DNA of 51,554 nucleotides from Gemmatimonadota bacterium (GTDB taxonomy: Bacteria > Gemmatimonadota > Gemmatimonadetes > Gemmatimonadales > GWC2-71-9): assembly GCA_003222205.1 (NCBI GenBank), contig QHVC01000116.1, forward strand, positions 1 through 51,554. The letters run 5' to 3'. A program made the position numbers and the translations under genes. Below are positions 44,250 to 51,554 of this stretch, one piece after another. The first letter of the stretch is position 1. Each line of letters opens with the position of its first letter. Under the pieces are notes generated by a model that was not told the origin of the DNA, did not search any database, and saw only the letters and a list, made by a program, of their open reading frames with translations.

Positions 44250-45188
44250 TTGCCGAAACAGGCGGAGCGTCGCTGGACGGTCATGCTGGTGCCCCACGGC
44301 TCGGGCGCGTCCCGGGCGGTGGAGGTATCGCAGACCGTTCTCAAGTTCCTGGTCGGGTTCGGCAGCATCTTCGCGCTGCTGATCGTCGTCCTGGGCGGCG
44401 CGGTGCTGTCGCGCGGGATCAGCATCACGCGCAGTCGCGCGCTGGAGCGGGAGAACCGCCTGCTCGCCGACGAGGTCCAGCGGATGCGCGAGCGCATGGT
44501 CGGGCTGCAGGACACGCTCACCAAGATCGGCCAGCGGGAGCAGGAGCTGCGGTTGCTCGCCGGGCTGCCGCCGGTGGACGTCGGCGTGCAGCGAGCAGGC
44601 ATCGGCGGACCCGCCGGCACCTGGTCCGAGCGCGACAGCCTCGCGGCTTCGGGGCCGAACGGCGTGCAGGCCCTCGCCGCGCGCGTCGATGTCGACGCCT
44701 TGAACCGCCGCGCCAACATCCTCGTCCGTTCCCTGAACGAAGCGTACGACTCGCTCGCCAGCCACCAGGCGCGCTTCGCAGCGACGCCCTCGATCATGCC
44801 GACGAAGGGCTGGCTCTCCAGCGCGTTCGCGCTCGAGCGCGTGCACCCGATCCTCCACCTCGCCCGGCCGCATGAAGGCATCGACGTCTCGGCGCCGATG
44901 GGCGCGGAGATCGAGGCGCCCGCCGCCGCCATCGTGACCGAGGTGCGCTGGGAGGACGGCTACGGCAACATCATCACGCTCGACCACGGCTACGGCATCG
45001 TGACCCGCTTCGCCCACTGCTCGAAGATCCTCGTCGCCCGCGGCGCGCGCGTGAAGCGCGGCCAGAAGATCGCGCTCGTGGGTTCGACCGGGCTATCGAC
45101 GGGCCCGCACCTGCACTACGAGGTGTGGGTGAACGGTAAGCCGGTGGACCCGATGCACTACGTGATGCCGGATGCCATAGTAGACTGA
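44250..45188 (+). CDS. M23 (LytM) family metallopeptidase with an N-terminal anchor and coiled coil
   Basis: HEGIDVSAPMGAEIEAPAAAIV...DHGYGIVTRFAHCS...GSTGLSTGPHLHYEVWVNG. N-terminal TM segment FLVGFGSIFALLIVVLGGAVL. Alternative ATG at 44283. Confidence 0.88.
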   Translation: MPKQAERRWTVMLVPHGSGASRAVEVSQTVLKFLVGFGSIFALLIVVLGGAVLSRGISITRSRALERENRLLADEVQRMRERMVGLQDTLTKIGQREQELRLLAGLPPVDVGVQRAGIGGPAGTWSERDSLAASGPNGVQALAARVDVDALNRRANILVRSLNEAYDSLASHQARFAATPSIMPTKGWLSSAFALERVHPILHLARPHEGIDVSAPMGAEIEAPAAAIVTEVRWEDGYGNIITLDHGYGIVTRFAHCSKILVARGARVKRGQKIALVGSTGLSTGPHLHYEVWVNGKPVDPMHYVMPDAIVD

Positions 45189-45218
45189 CGGTCGGACAGT
45201 GGGACGGTCTGACAGGTA
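45187..45218. repeat. 4x 8-nt phased array GACGGTCG GACAGTGG GACGGTCT GACAGGTA (left arm)
   Basis: Read directly. GAC recurs at 45187, 45195, 45203 and 45211. The array starts inside the M23 stop codon. Confidence 0.8.
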
Positions 45219-45229
45219 GGCGAAAAACA

Positions 45230-45260
45230 GGGGCACCGTGGGTGGTGCCCCTTGTGCTTT
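45230..45260. terminator. bidirectional intrinsic terminator hairpin
   Basis: GGGGCACC (45230-45237), loop gtgggt, GGTGCCCC (45244-45251), followed by ttgtgcttt. It is preceded by cgaaaaaca, which gives a U-run for minus-strand transcripts. It lies between convergent genes. Confidence 0.6.
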
Positions 45261-45262
45261 CA

Positions 45263-45294
45263 GTCCGACGGTCCGATCGTCCGACCGTCCTGCC
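45263..45294. repeat. 4x 8-nt phased array GTCCGACG GTCCGATC GTCCGACC GTCCTGCC (right arm, inverted relative to 45187-45218)
   Basis: Read directly. gtccgaccgtc (45279-45289) is the exact reverse complement of gacggtcggac (45187-45197). The array ends at the SusD-like stop codon. Confidence 0.8.
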
Positions 45295-46677
45295 CTATGG
45301 ATTACGGTCGAGGCACTGGTGGTAATTGAAGTTGTTCGTCTCGTCGAACGGCACCGGCATCATCGTCGCATCCCCGTAATTGCCGCCCTTTACGAACGAC
45401 CCGTTCGGGTAGACCTGCGCTTCGGTCCTTCCGTATTGGCGCAGCAGGCGGCGCATATCGCCGAGGCGGTGTCCGGTCGAGAACATCCAGAACGCCCGCT
45501 CCGAGAAGTGGATGTCGACGCGCGCGCTGTCGGTGAGCGGATCGGGCAGCGCCGTCAGCGTGGGCCCCCGCGTCGCCGTGAGGCCCGTCCCGATCGGCGG
45601 GTACAGCGCGGCGTTGGTTCTCAGAGCGTTGATATCCGCGAGCCAGAGCGCGCGGTCCCCCCCGGGCTGGAGCTGCGCCTCGGCCTCGATCAGCCGCGCC
45701 TCGATCCCGGAGGCGACGGGGATCGAGTCGAATTGCCCGTACAGCCCTTGCCGCACGAGGGTCATCGGCACGGAGTTGTCGAAGACACTCGCGCCGCCGA
45801 TGATGCGCGGCAGGCGCGGGTCGTTGGGCGTCACGAAATCGATCCCGACGCCGCCCTCCCGTCCTGGCGTCATCGTGTAGCGGCGCGCGCTGTTGTTGAG
45901 CGCCCACGTCTGGTTCGTCGTGGACGTCGTCGAGTGATAGGCGTAGAACTTGAAGGTCGTCGGCACGCCCGCCACCGCCGCGGCCGCGGCCGCGAACTGG
46001 CCGAGATCCACCAGCGCCCGACCCTTAATGACGTCGGCCAGCCGCGTCACCTTGCGGGCCGCCAGAGAGTCGCGGGGCGGCGCGAGTGCGGCCTGCGCCA
46101 GCGCCGAGTCGGCGTTGTCGACCGCGAGCTGGAGAACGGCGGCATTCGTCATCGGATCGCCGAAGATGATTGTCGAGCCCTCGATGTCGCTCAGCGGAGT
46201 GCCGTTGCAATACTGCTCGCCGATCAGGACCTCCACGTAGGCGGTCAGCGCGAACATGGACCCAACCGCCGCCGTCGAGTCCGGGAGATAGGTGCGCAGG
46301 CCCTTCGTCGCTCGCTCGCCTTCGACGCGTACGCGATTCAAGGCGCGATACGGACCCGCGTTGAACGTGTTCTCCGGCTGGAACACACGCTGATCTTGAT
46401 TGTTGCGCTGCACGAACGTATCCCCCGACCGCCACTCGTCCGTCAGCAACCCCGAGAAGACAAAGAGCGCGTCCGGGCCCTGGATGCCGTTGACGGCCTG
46501 CGACAACCGCAGGAACACCCCGTTGCGGAGCGCGATCGCGCCCGCCGCGGAGTTGGCGTCGAGAATGATGTCCGGGTCGATCACCTTCAATGCGTCGCTA
46601 CAGCCCTGGAGGGGGAGGACTACCAGCACCACCACGCCCGCTCCTGAGAGCCACCGCCGGATGCCGTGCGCATGCAT
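45295..46677 (-). CDS. RagB/SusD-family outer-membrane lipoprotein
   Basis: ATG at 46677 (MHAHGIRRWLSGAGVVVLVVLPLQGCSD, with a lipobox), preceded by GGAG with a 7-nt spacer. It lies immediately downstream of a SusC-type gene. Helical, TPR-like composition (ALRNGVFLRLSQAVNG..., AEAQLQPGGDRALWLADINALR). Confidence 0.75.
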   Translation of the reverse strand: MHAHGIRRWLSGAGVVVLVVLPLQGCSDALKVIDPDIILDANSAAGAIALRNGVFLRLSQAVNGIQGPDALFVFSGLLTDEWRSGDTFVQRNNQDQRVFQPENTFNAGPYRALNRVRVEGERATKGLRTYLPDSTAAVGSMFALTAYVEVLIGEQYCNGTPLSDIEGSTIIFGDPMTNAAVLQLAVDNADSALAQAALAPPRDSLAARKVTRLADVIKGRALVDLGQFAAAAAAVAGVPTTFKFYAYHSTTSTTNQTWALNNSARRYTMTPGREGGVGIDFVTPNDPRLPRIIGGASVFDNSVPMTLVRQGLYGQFDSIPVASGIEARLIEAEAQLQPGGDRALWLADINALRTNAALYPPIGTGLTATRGPTLTALPDPLTDSARVDIHFSERAFWMFSTGHRLGDMRRLLRQYGRTEAQVYPNGSFVKGGNYGDATMMPVPFDETNNFNYHQCLDRNP

Positions 46678-46709
46678 AACGAAGCTCCTCGTCTGAGGTC
46701 GGTCCCGCC

Positions 46710-49700
46710 CTAGAAGCTCACGTTCATCCGGAGAATCCAGTACGCCGGCGGCGGCTGGGTCTGGAAGTCCGTCTGCAGGCCGGCGTCGATGTAGCCGCTC
46801 TCGGGGTCGATCCCGGAGTACTTGGTCCACCGCATGAGGTTCCGCCCCGAGGCGGTGACCGACACCCGGCTGGCGCGCATGGCGTGCGCGAAGGCGGCCG
46901 GCAGCTCGTAGGTGACGGCGAGCTCGCGCCAGCGGATCGCGTCGGCGGGCTCGAAGAAGCCCCACTGCGTGCGGGCCGGGTGGTCCCGGAGCGCGACGAC
47001 GCGGGCCTGCTCCCACAGCGGCGCCGTCGGATCGATCTCCCCGCGGCAGTTCAGCCGGGACTCGCAGCGGATGCGCTCGGTGCCGTTCAGCTGCCAGCGC
47101 CCCCCCTTGTAGTCGAACAGGGCGCTGACCCGGAGCTTCCGCCTGAACAGGTCGACGCCGGTCATCAGCGTCGCTTCGGTCGGCGGCAGGCTCGGCCCGA
47201 CGAAGACGGCCGAGTCGCCGACCGTCACTTCCCAGGCCTCGATGCGCCCGTCCCCATTGACGTCGCGGTAGCCGAGAATGGGACGTTGCCAATACCCATC
47301 GATGGGGTAGCCGCGGCGTTCCTGGATCGTGGTGCCCACGATCGGCGGCACGCCGCCCATGTCCTCGATCACATTGCTGTTGTGCGACGCGTTGAAGGTC
47401 ACGTCCCACCCGAGCGACGGGCGGTTGAGCAGGATGGCGTTGACCGACAGCTCCACGCCCGCGTTGCGCACGGCCCCGAGGTTCTCGAACCGCGTCGCGC
47501 TCGCGCCCACGGAGGGCGCCACCGTCCGCGCGATGAGGGCGTCCTTGGCCCGCTTGTGGTAATAGGTGAATTGCAGGTTGACCCGGTTGTCGACGAGCGC
47601 GGCGTCGAAGCCGAGCTCGATCTCAGTGGCCCGTTCGGGTCGCAGGGCGGGGTTCCCGATCGAGCTGAACACGATGGCGGCCTTGTTCTGGCCGTCCAGG
47701 GTCGCCGTCGTGGGCGCGTAGAACGCGATCGCGTCGGTCGACCCCGGCTGCTGTCCGGAGGCGCCGATCGCGCCGCGGAGCCGCAGGTTCGACAACCAGG
47801 AGACCGCCGGGAAGGACGGCTCGTCGGAAATCACATACGACACGCTCAGCTTGGGGTAATACGCCGCCTTGAAGTTCTGGCCGAAGGCGCTGTTGTCGTC
47901 CCCGCGCAGGGCGGTGGTGACGTAGACGCGCTCTTTGTACGCCACCTGCTGCTCGACGAACACGCCCAGGGTCTTGGTCTCCGTCGTCGCCTCGTTCGCC
48001 GACAGCGTCGCACCGGGCGTGACCGTGGTGGCGCCCGGCGGCAGGTCTTGCCCGAACGCGCCGTTGCGTTCGAAGACGCTGTGGAAATACTGCAGGCCTG
48101 CCGTCGTCTTGCCCCGCACGTGCGCGGCCAGGGAATACGTCGCCGCCAGGTTCCCGTCGAAGGTGTAATCGTGGAACCCGGTGCGGTTATCGATCTTGTA
48201 CCCGAGGGTATCGAGCCCGAACGGCGTGCATTCGAAGCGCTTGCACAGATCCAGGTCCACCCGGCTGGTGAAGTCGATCCCCGCGATGGCGCGCCCCGTC
48301 AACCAGGCGTTGGGGTGCCAGTTGACCGTTCCGCTCCCGATGAACCGGTTGATGTCCTGGCTCACCACCTCCGAAAACATCTCGTCTGGCGTGAACAGCC
48401 GGTAGCCGTAGATCGGGATCGTGTCGTTGATGAACCGCCAGTTGTTGAAATGGCCCGGTCCGCCGAGCGCGTTTGAGAGCAGGCCCGTGGTGTTGTTGTC
48501 CGTCTGGGGCAGTCGCTCGCTGCTGGTGATGAACCCGCTCGAGATCGTGACGTCCAAGGTGCGGCTCACCGTCGCCTGGGCGTTCGCGCGCAGGCTCGTC
48601 CGCTTCCGGGCATTCGGCCGGTAGTAGTCGTAGGGGACGGTGGGGACCTGCCACCGAGTCACGAAGCGGCTCCACCCGACGTCGGGCATTTTGAGCAGGC
48701 CGATCTCGTCTTCGAATTCCGCCGACATGAAGTAGCGCGTGGCGTCAGACCCGCCCGAGGCCTGCACGCCCGTCTGCCCCCGCCACCCCGTGCCGAGCGG
48801 GGTGGTTCGCGGATCATCGAACAGGTTGAAGTGCGACACGCTGTCCTGGCGGCACACCCCGGCGGCGGCCTGACTGAGCAGGCACTGCACGCCGTTGGTG
48901 TTCAGCGACCCGGTCGTCCAGCCACGATACGCCGTGGGCCAGGTGTTGTAGTCCTGCAGGACGCCGAGCTCCGAATAGACGTTCCACCGCGTCGGCCCCG
49001 ACAGGCCCCGCTTGGTCTTGATGACGATGACCCCGTTGACCGCGTCGGTCCCGTACAGCGTGGACGCTGAGGGACCCTTCACGATCTCGATCGACTCGAT
49101 CTCCTCCGGGTTGATGTCGTTGACCCGGCTGGGGTTGGTCCCGCCGATCCCGATGCTCGACGAGCCGGTCGCGCTCTCCATACGGATGCCGTCGATGTAG
49201 TAGATCGGCTCGTTCGACAACGAGAGACTGTTCGCTCCCCGAATGCGCACCCGCGCCTCCGCCCCGGTGAGCGGGCTCTCGAACACCGATACACCCGCCG
49301 CCCGGCTGGTGAGCAGGTCGTTGATATCCGCGATCGGCGCATTGGGGACCAGGCTGTCGGTGTTGAGGGTGCTGATCTGATTGCCCATCTCGCGCTTCGC
49401 CTGGTCGCCCGTCGCGGTGACGACGATCTCGTCGAGGGAGAACGGATGCAGCGCCAGCACGACGTCCTGCGCGGCGATCTCTCCGGCGGTGACGGTCACC
49501 GGCCGCACCACGGCGCCGTACCCGATGGCGCTCACCCGCAAACTCGCCTGCCCCGGGCGCACGCCGGCGAGCACGTAGCGGCCGTCGGCGTTGGTTTGGG
49601 TGATCAGCGCGGTCCCGACCACGGCGACGCGGGCGCCCCCGAGGGGTTGCCCGCGTTCCTGATCGGTCACGCGGCCGGCGATCGTCCCCAGCTGCGCGCG

Positions 49701-49781
49701 CGCCGCGGGCGGAGCGGCGAGGAGCGCCGCCGCGAGGAGCCCCATCCAGACCAGTCTCGGACGAAAAGTGGCAACGTTCAT
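46710..49781 (-). CDS. SusC/RagA-type TonB-linked outer-membrane transporter
   Basis: ATG at 49781 (MNVATFRPRLVWMGLLAAALLAAPPAARAQ), preceded by GGAGG with a 9-nt spacer. CarboxypepD_reg domain GRVTDQERGQPLGGARVAVVGT...DGRYVLAGVRPG. Plug IRGANSLSLSNEPIYYIDGI...IEIVKGPSASTLYGTDAVNGVIVIKTKRG. Terminal ...RMNVSF. Confidence 0.9.
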   Translation of the reverse strand: MNVATFRPRLVWMGLLAAALLAAPPAARAQLGTIAGRVTDQERGQPLGGARVAVVGTALITQTNADGRYVLAGVRPGQASLRVSAIGYGAVVRPVTVTAGEIAAQDVVLALHPFSLDEIVVTATGDQAKREMGNQISTLNTDSLVPNAPIADINDLLTSRAAGVSVFESPLTGAEARVRIRGANSLSLSNEPIYYIDGIRMESATGSSSIGIGGTNPSRVNDINPEEIESIEIVKGPSASTLYGTDAVNGVIVIKTKRGLSGPTRWNVYSELGVLQDYNTWPTAYRGWTTGSLNTNGVQCLLSQAAAGVCRQDSVSHFNLFDDPRTTPLGTGWRGQTGVQASGGSDATRYFMSAEFEDEIGLLKMPDVGWSRFVTRWQVPTVPYDYYRPNARKRTSLRANAQATVSRTLDVTISSGFITSSERLPQTDNNTTGLLSNALGGPGHFNNWRFINDTIPIYGYRLFTPDEMFSEVVSQDINRFIGSGTVNWHPNAWLTGRAIAGIDFTSRVDLDLCKRFECTPFGLDTLGYKIDNRTGFHDYTFDGNLAATYSLAAHVRGKTTAGLQYFHSVFERNGAFGQDLPPGATTVTPGATLSANEATTETKTLGVFVEQQVAYKERVYVTTALRGDDNSAFGQNFKAAYYPKLSVSYVISDEPSFPAVSWLSNLRLRGAIGASGQQPGSTDAIAFYAPTTATLDGQNKAAIVFSSIGNPALRPERATEIELGFDAALVDNRVNLQFTYYHKRAKDALIARTVAPSVGASATRFENLGAVRNAGVELSVNAILLNRPSLGWDVTFNASHNSNVIEDMGGVPPIVGTTIQERRGYPIDGYWQRPILGYRDVNGDGRIEAWEVTVGDSAVFVGPSLPPTEATLMTGVDLFRRKLRVSALFDYKGGRWQLNGTERIRCESRLNCRGEIDPTAPLWEQARVVALRDHPARTQWGFFEPADAIRWRELAVTYELPAAFAHAMRASRVSVTASGRNLMRWTKYSGIDPESGYIDAGLQTDFQTQPPPAYWILRMNVSF

Positions 49782-49822
49782 CGGTCGAACCCTCCACATC
49801 GAGAGCGCATGAACCAGATCGA

Positions 49823-50332
49823 CTACTGAGCCTGTACTTGCCCGCGGATCGCCCCGCCGGGGTTGACCCGCGTATGGACGTTGACGTAGACGCCGCCCGA
49901 GCGCATGAGCGCGATGAGCGAGTCCAGCCGGGCCTTGGGGTCGGCCCCATACCCTGCCGGGAGCTGCGTGAGCTGGCTCGCCTTCAGCTGGCTCCCCACG
50001 AGCTCCCCCGTAAACGCCAAGCCTTTCGTCGGCCCGGCGTACAGCGTTACGATGATCGCGCCACCGACCCCAGCTGCGCCTTCGTGCATGTGCGCCACCG
50101 TGGGACTGTCGATCCCCGCCACGTCTAGCCGATAGATGAGGAAGGTGTCGAGCGTTACCGCGAGCTGTACGGAGCCCGTCGCGCTGGTGGTCACGGGTGG
50201 GACTTCGTTCGAGCCGGCGAGTGTCGCTTGAAACTCCTGGACCGGCGGCGTGGGGAACTCAACTGCCTTGCAGGTCGTGAGCCCTCCCACGAGGCTGGTC
50301 GCGATCAGCATGCATCGTCTGGTCAAACGCAT
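49823..50332 (-). CDS. CHRD domain lipoprotein
   Basis: ATG at 50332 (MRLTRRCMLIATSLVGGLTTC). FQATLAGSNEVPPVTTSATGS...VAHMHEGAAGVGGAIIV...GGVYVNVHTRVNPGGAIRGQV matches the CHRD pattern. Confidence 0.75.
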   Translation of the reverse strand: MRLTRRCMLIATSLVGGLTTCKAVEFPTPPVQEFQATLAGSNEVPPVTTSATGSVQLAVTLDTFLIYRLDVAGIDSPTVAHMHEGAAGVGGAIIVTLYAGPTKGLAFTGELVGSQLKASQLTQLPAGYGADPKARLDSLIALMRSGGVYVNVHTRVNPGGAIRGQVQAQ

Positions 50333-50570
50333 AACTCCCCCGTGACACGTATTGGAACGCGCAATGGCGCAGCATCCCCCCGACTGCGGTCGAGACATTA
50401 CCGAGGCGTTCTACATCGGAGGCCCACCCGAGCAGTTAGACGGGGAGGGAGCAGGCGAGGAACAGTGCAGCCGGCGGCACGCTGCGAGGATCCGCCACAT
50501 ACCCGTAGGGCTTAACCTACTGCTGCGGGGAGACCTGGCAAGCCGCCGGTTCCCCCCCCTCGTTCTGCGC

Positions 50571-51137
50571 CTATTTCGTGAAGTTCACCCGCGGCACCGT
50601 ATCCGCCCCCGGCGTCGTCACCTCGAAGTACGTCCGCGCCGTCTTGCCGATCACCTTCGCCGTGAGCACCTGGGGGAAGCGGCGGATGTAGGCGTTGTAG
50701 CGGTTCACCGCCTCGTTGTAGTCCTGGCGCGCCACGGCGATGCGGTTCTCGGTCCCTTCCAGCTGGTCCTGCAGCGTCCGGAAGTTCTCGTTGGCTTTGA
50801 GCAGCGGGTAGTTCTCGGCGATCGCCAACAGGCGGCCGAGCGGCGCGGTGAGCGCCGCGTTCGCATCGGCCATCTGCCGCAGGTCCCCGCTCTGCACCGC
50901 GCCGGCGAGGCGGGCCCGCGCGTTCGCCACCTCGACGAAGATGCCTTCCTCGTGACGCGCGTAGCCCTTCACCGTCTCCACCAGGTTGGGGATCAGGTCG
51001 GCCCGGCGTTGCAGCTGCACCTTGATCTGCGACCCGGCCGCGTTCACCTGCTCGTCGTAAGTCTGGATCGTGTTGTAACCGCAACTGGCCACTGCCAGCA
51101 TCATGGCCCCCGGCAGGATCGCTCTCAGTAAACGCAC
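50571..51137 (-). CDS. lemA: LemA family protein
   Basis: N-terminal anchor ILPGAMMLAVASCGYN. QVNAAGSQIKVQLQRRADLIPNLVETVKGYARHEEGIF...ENYPLLKANENFRTLQDQLEGTENRIAVARQDYN. Confidence 0.88.
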   Translation of the reverse strand: MRLLRAILPGAMMLAVASCGYNTIQTYDEQVNAAGSQIKVQLQRRADLIPNLVETVKGYARHEEGIFVEVANARARLAGAVQSGDLRQMADANAALTAPLGRLLAIAENYPLLKANENFRTLQDQLEGTENRIAVARQDYNEAVNRYNAYIRRFPQVLTAKVIGKTARTYFEVTTPGADTVPRVNFTK

Positions 51138-51153
51138 GGGTCCCCCCTCAGCA

Positions 51154-51216
51154 GGTTATCGGTTGTCGGTTGTCGGTTATCGGTTACCGTAAACCGAAAA
51201 CCGTGAACCGAAGACC
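51154..51216. repeat. 9x 7-nt phased array: GGTTATC GGTTGTC GGTTGTC GGTTATC GGTTACC | GTAAACC GAAAACC GTGAACC GAAGACC
   Basis: Read directly. The CGGTT-containing half switches to the AACCG-containing half at about 51188, giving dyad symmetry. The array fills most of the gap between a stop codon (51217-51219) and the lemA start (51137). Confidence 0.8.
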
Positions 51217-51554
51217 TCACAACGAATCCACGAATTGCGCCGTCTTGGCCACGGCCGCGAGATACGCCGCCGCCCGCGGGTCCGCCGCCGTGAGCCGCAG
51301 CCGCCCGGCGCCCGCGGCGTGGGCCGCGAGGTCCGCGAGCGGCTCCGCCGCGAAGCCGATCGCCGCTGCCGCTTGCGTCAGGACTTCCGCGGGCGGCGCG
51401 GGCACGGGACGGTCCCCAGGGATCAAGCGCAGCGTCGCGCGCCACATGGTAAAGAAGCCGGCGAGGCTCCCCGCGATCATACGGGTGAGGGCGGGGCCGT
51501 CCTCTCGCGTCGCGGCGTAGGCCTGCCGCAGGCGCACCAGTTTGCCCTTGAGCT
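51217..51554 (-). CDS. hypothetical protein, C-terminal part only (5' end beyond the window)
   Basis: The frame stays open upstream of the track's GTG to the window edge (...LKGKLVRLRQAYAAT...). Codon usage and amino-acid composition are better than in the two overlapping alternative ORFs. No confident family. Confidence 0.45.
   Translation of the reverse strand, partial: LKGKLVRLRQAYAATREDGPALTRMIAGSLAGFFTMWRATLRLIPGDRPVPAPPAEVLTQAAAAIGFAAEPLADLAAHAAGAGRLRLTAADPRAAAYLAAVAKTAQFVDSL

Noticed and set aside
50333-50570. 238-nt non-coding region between lemA and the CHRD gene as a possible ncRNA or riboswitch
   Set aside because: It contains only weak, short hairpins (for example GTAGG-gcttaa-CCTAC at about 50505-50520, and an imperfect GGGGAGACCTGGC...GCCGGTTCCCC stem) and no motif I recognise. 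It is probably the lemA terminator plus the promoter and leader of the CHRD-susC-susD operon.
50352-51131. 259-aa plus-strand ORF
   Set aside because: Antisense to lemA, which has the diagnostic LemA motifs.
1-51554. Search for tRNA/rRNA genes, CRISPR arrays, IS elements, integrases, prophage or toxin-antitoxin genes, and known defence-system genes (nucleases, helicases, STAND/AAA ATPases, reverse transcriptases, methylase/restriction pairs)
   Set aside because: Reading both strands, I found none. All repeats seen are 7-8 nt phased arrays, far too short and irregular in spacing for CRISPR. The only ATPase is the ABC exporter. The only methyltransferase is a small-molecule or glycan-type class I enzyme with no nuclease partner.

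Overview
This is a 51.5-kb, very GC-rich chromosomal segment (exact GC not computed; third codon positions are overwhelmingly G/C). That bias explains the many long spurious antisense ORFs in the six-frame track. I support 44 protein-coding genes. I found no tRNA, rRNA, CRISPR array, transposase, integrase, phage gene or recognisable defence gene.

The gene content includes CarboxypepD_reg-type TonB receptors, a SusC/SusD pair, a PorV/PorQ-like barrel and a CHRD lipoprotein. This suggests an FCB-group bacterium, most plausibly Gemmatimonadota, but that is inference only.

Layout:
- 1-2148: TonB-dependent receptor, 5' end cut by the window edge.
- 2207-9767: eight chained + strand genes: lipoprotein, C26 amidotransferase, SCP2, soluble GAF-PAS hybrid histidine kinase, GT4, GT2-TM-DUF3108, DHS-fold protein, NTF2-like lipoprotein.
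- 10036-19001: thiO, Zn-ribbon membrane protein, lipA, pdhA, pdhB, pdhC, lpd, 4-TM protein, lipB.
- 27445->18985 (minus strand): a translationally coupled seven-gene glycoconjugate module: GT28-like GT, two GT4s, an MsbA/PglK-type ABC exporter, a SAM methyltransferase, a WaaP/APH-like kinase and a beta-barrel OMP.
- 27829-32314: Mo-oxidoreductase, M20 peptidase, TPR protein, gdh.
- 37274->32311 (minus strand): antiporter, HExxH lipoprotein, PorV-like barrel, aminopeptidase.
- 37341-45188: housekeeping block dnaE-accA-PSP1-metG, then an M23 peptidase.
- 50332->45295 (minus strand): CHRD-SusC-SusD locus.
- 50571-51554: LemA and a partial CDS.

The most interesting observations:
1. The seven-gene module looks like an ABC-dependent glycan pathway with a split WbdD-like kinase plus methyltransferase pair. 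It is built from non-canonical export parts.
2. Short-period (7-8 nt) tandem arrays occur as inverted pairs at five loci. One pair sits in frame inside the PDH E2 linkers and brackets the subunit-binding domain.
3. Two unknown membrane proteins are embedded in the PDH/lipoate operon.
4. A GT2-TM-DUF3108 fusion carries an HxD in place of DxD.
5. A near-consensus promoter implies a leaderless dnaE mRNA.

All family assignments come from motif recognition by eye, not from database searches.
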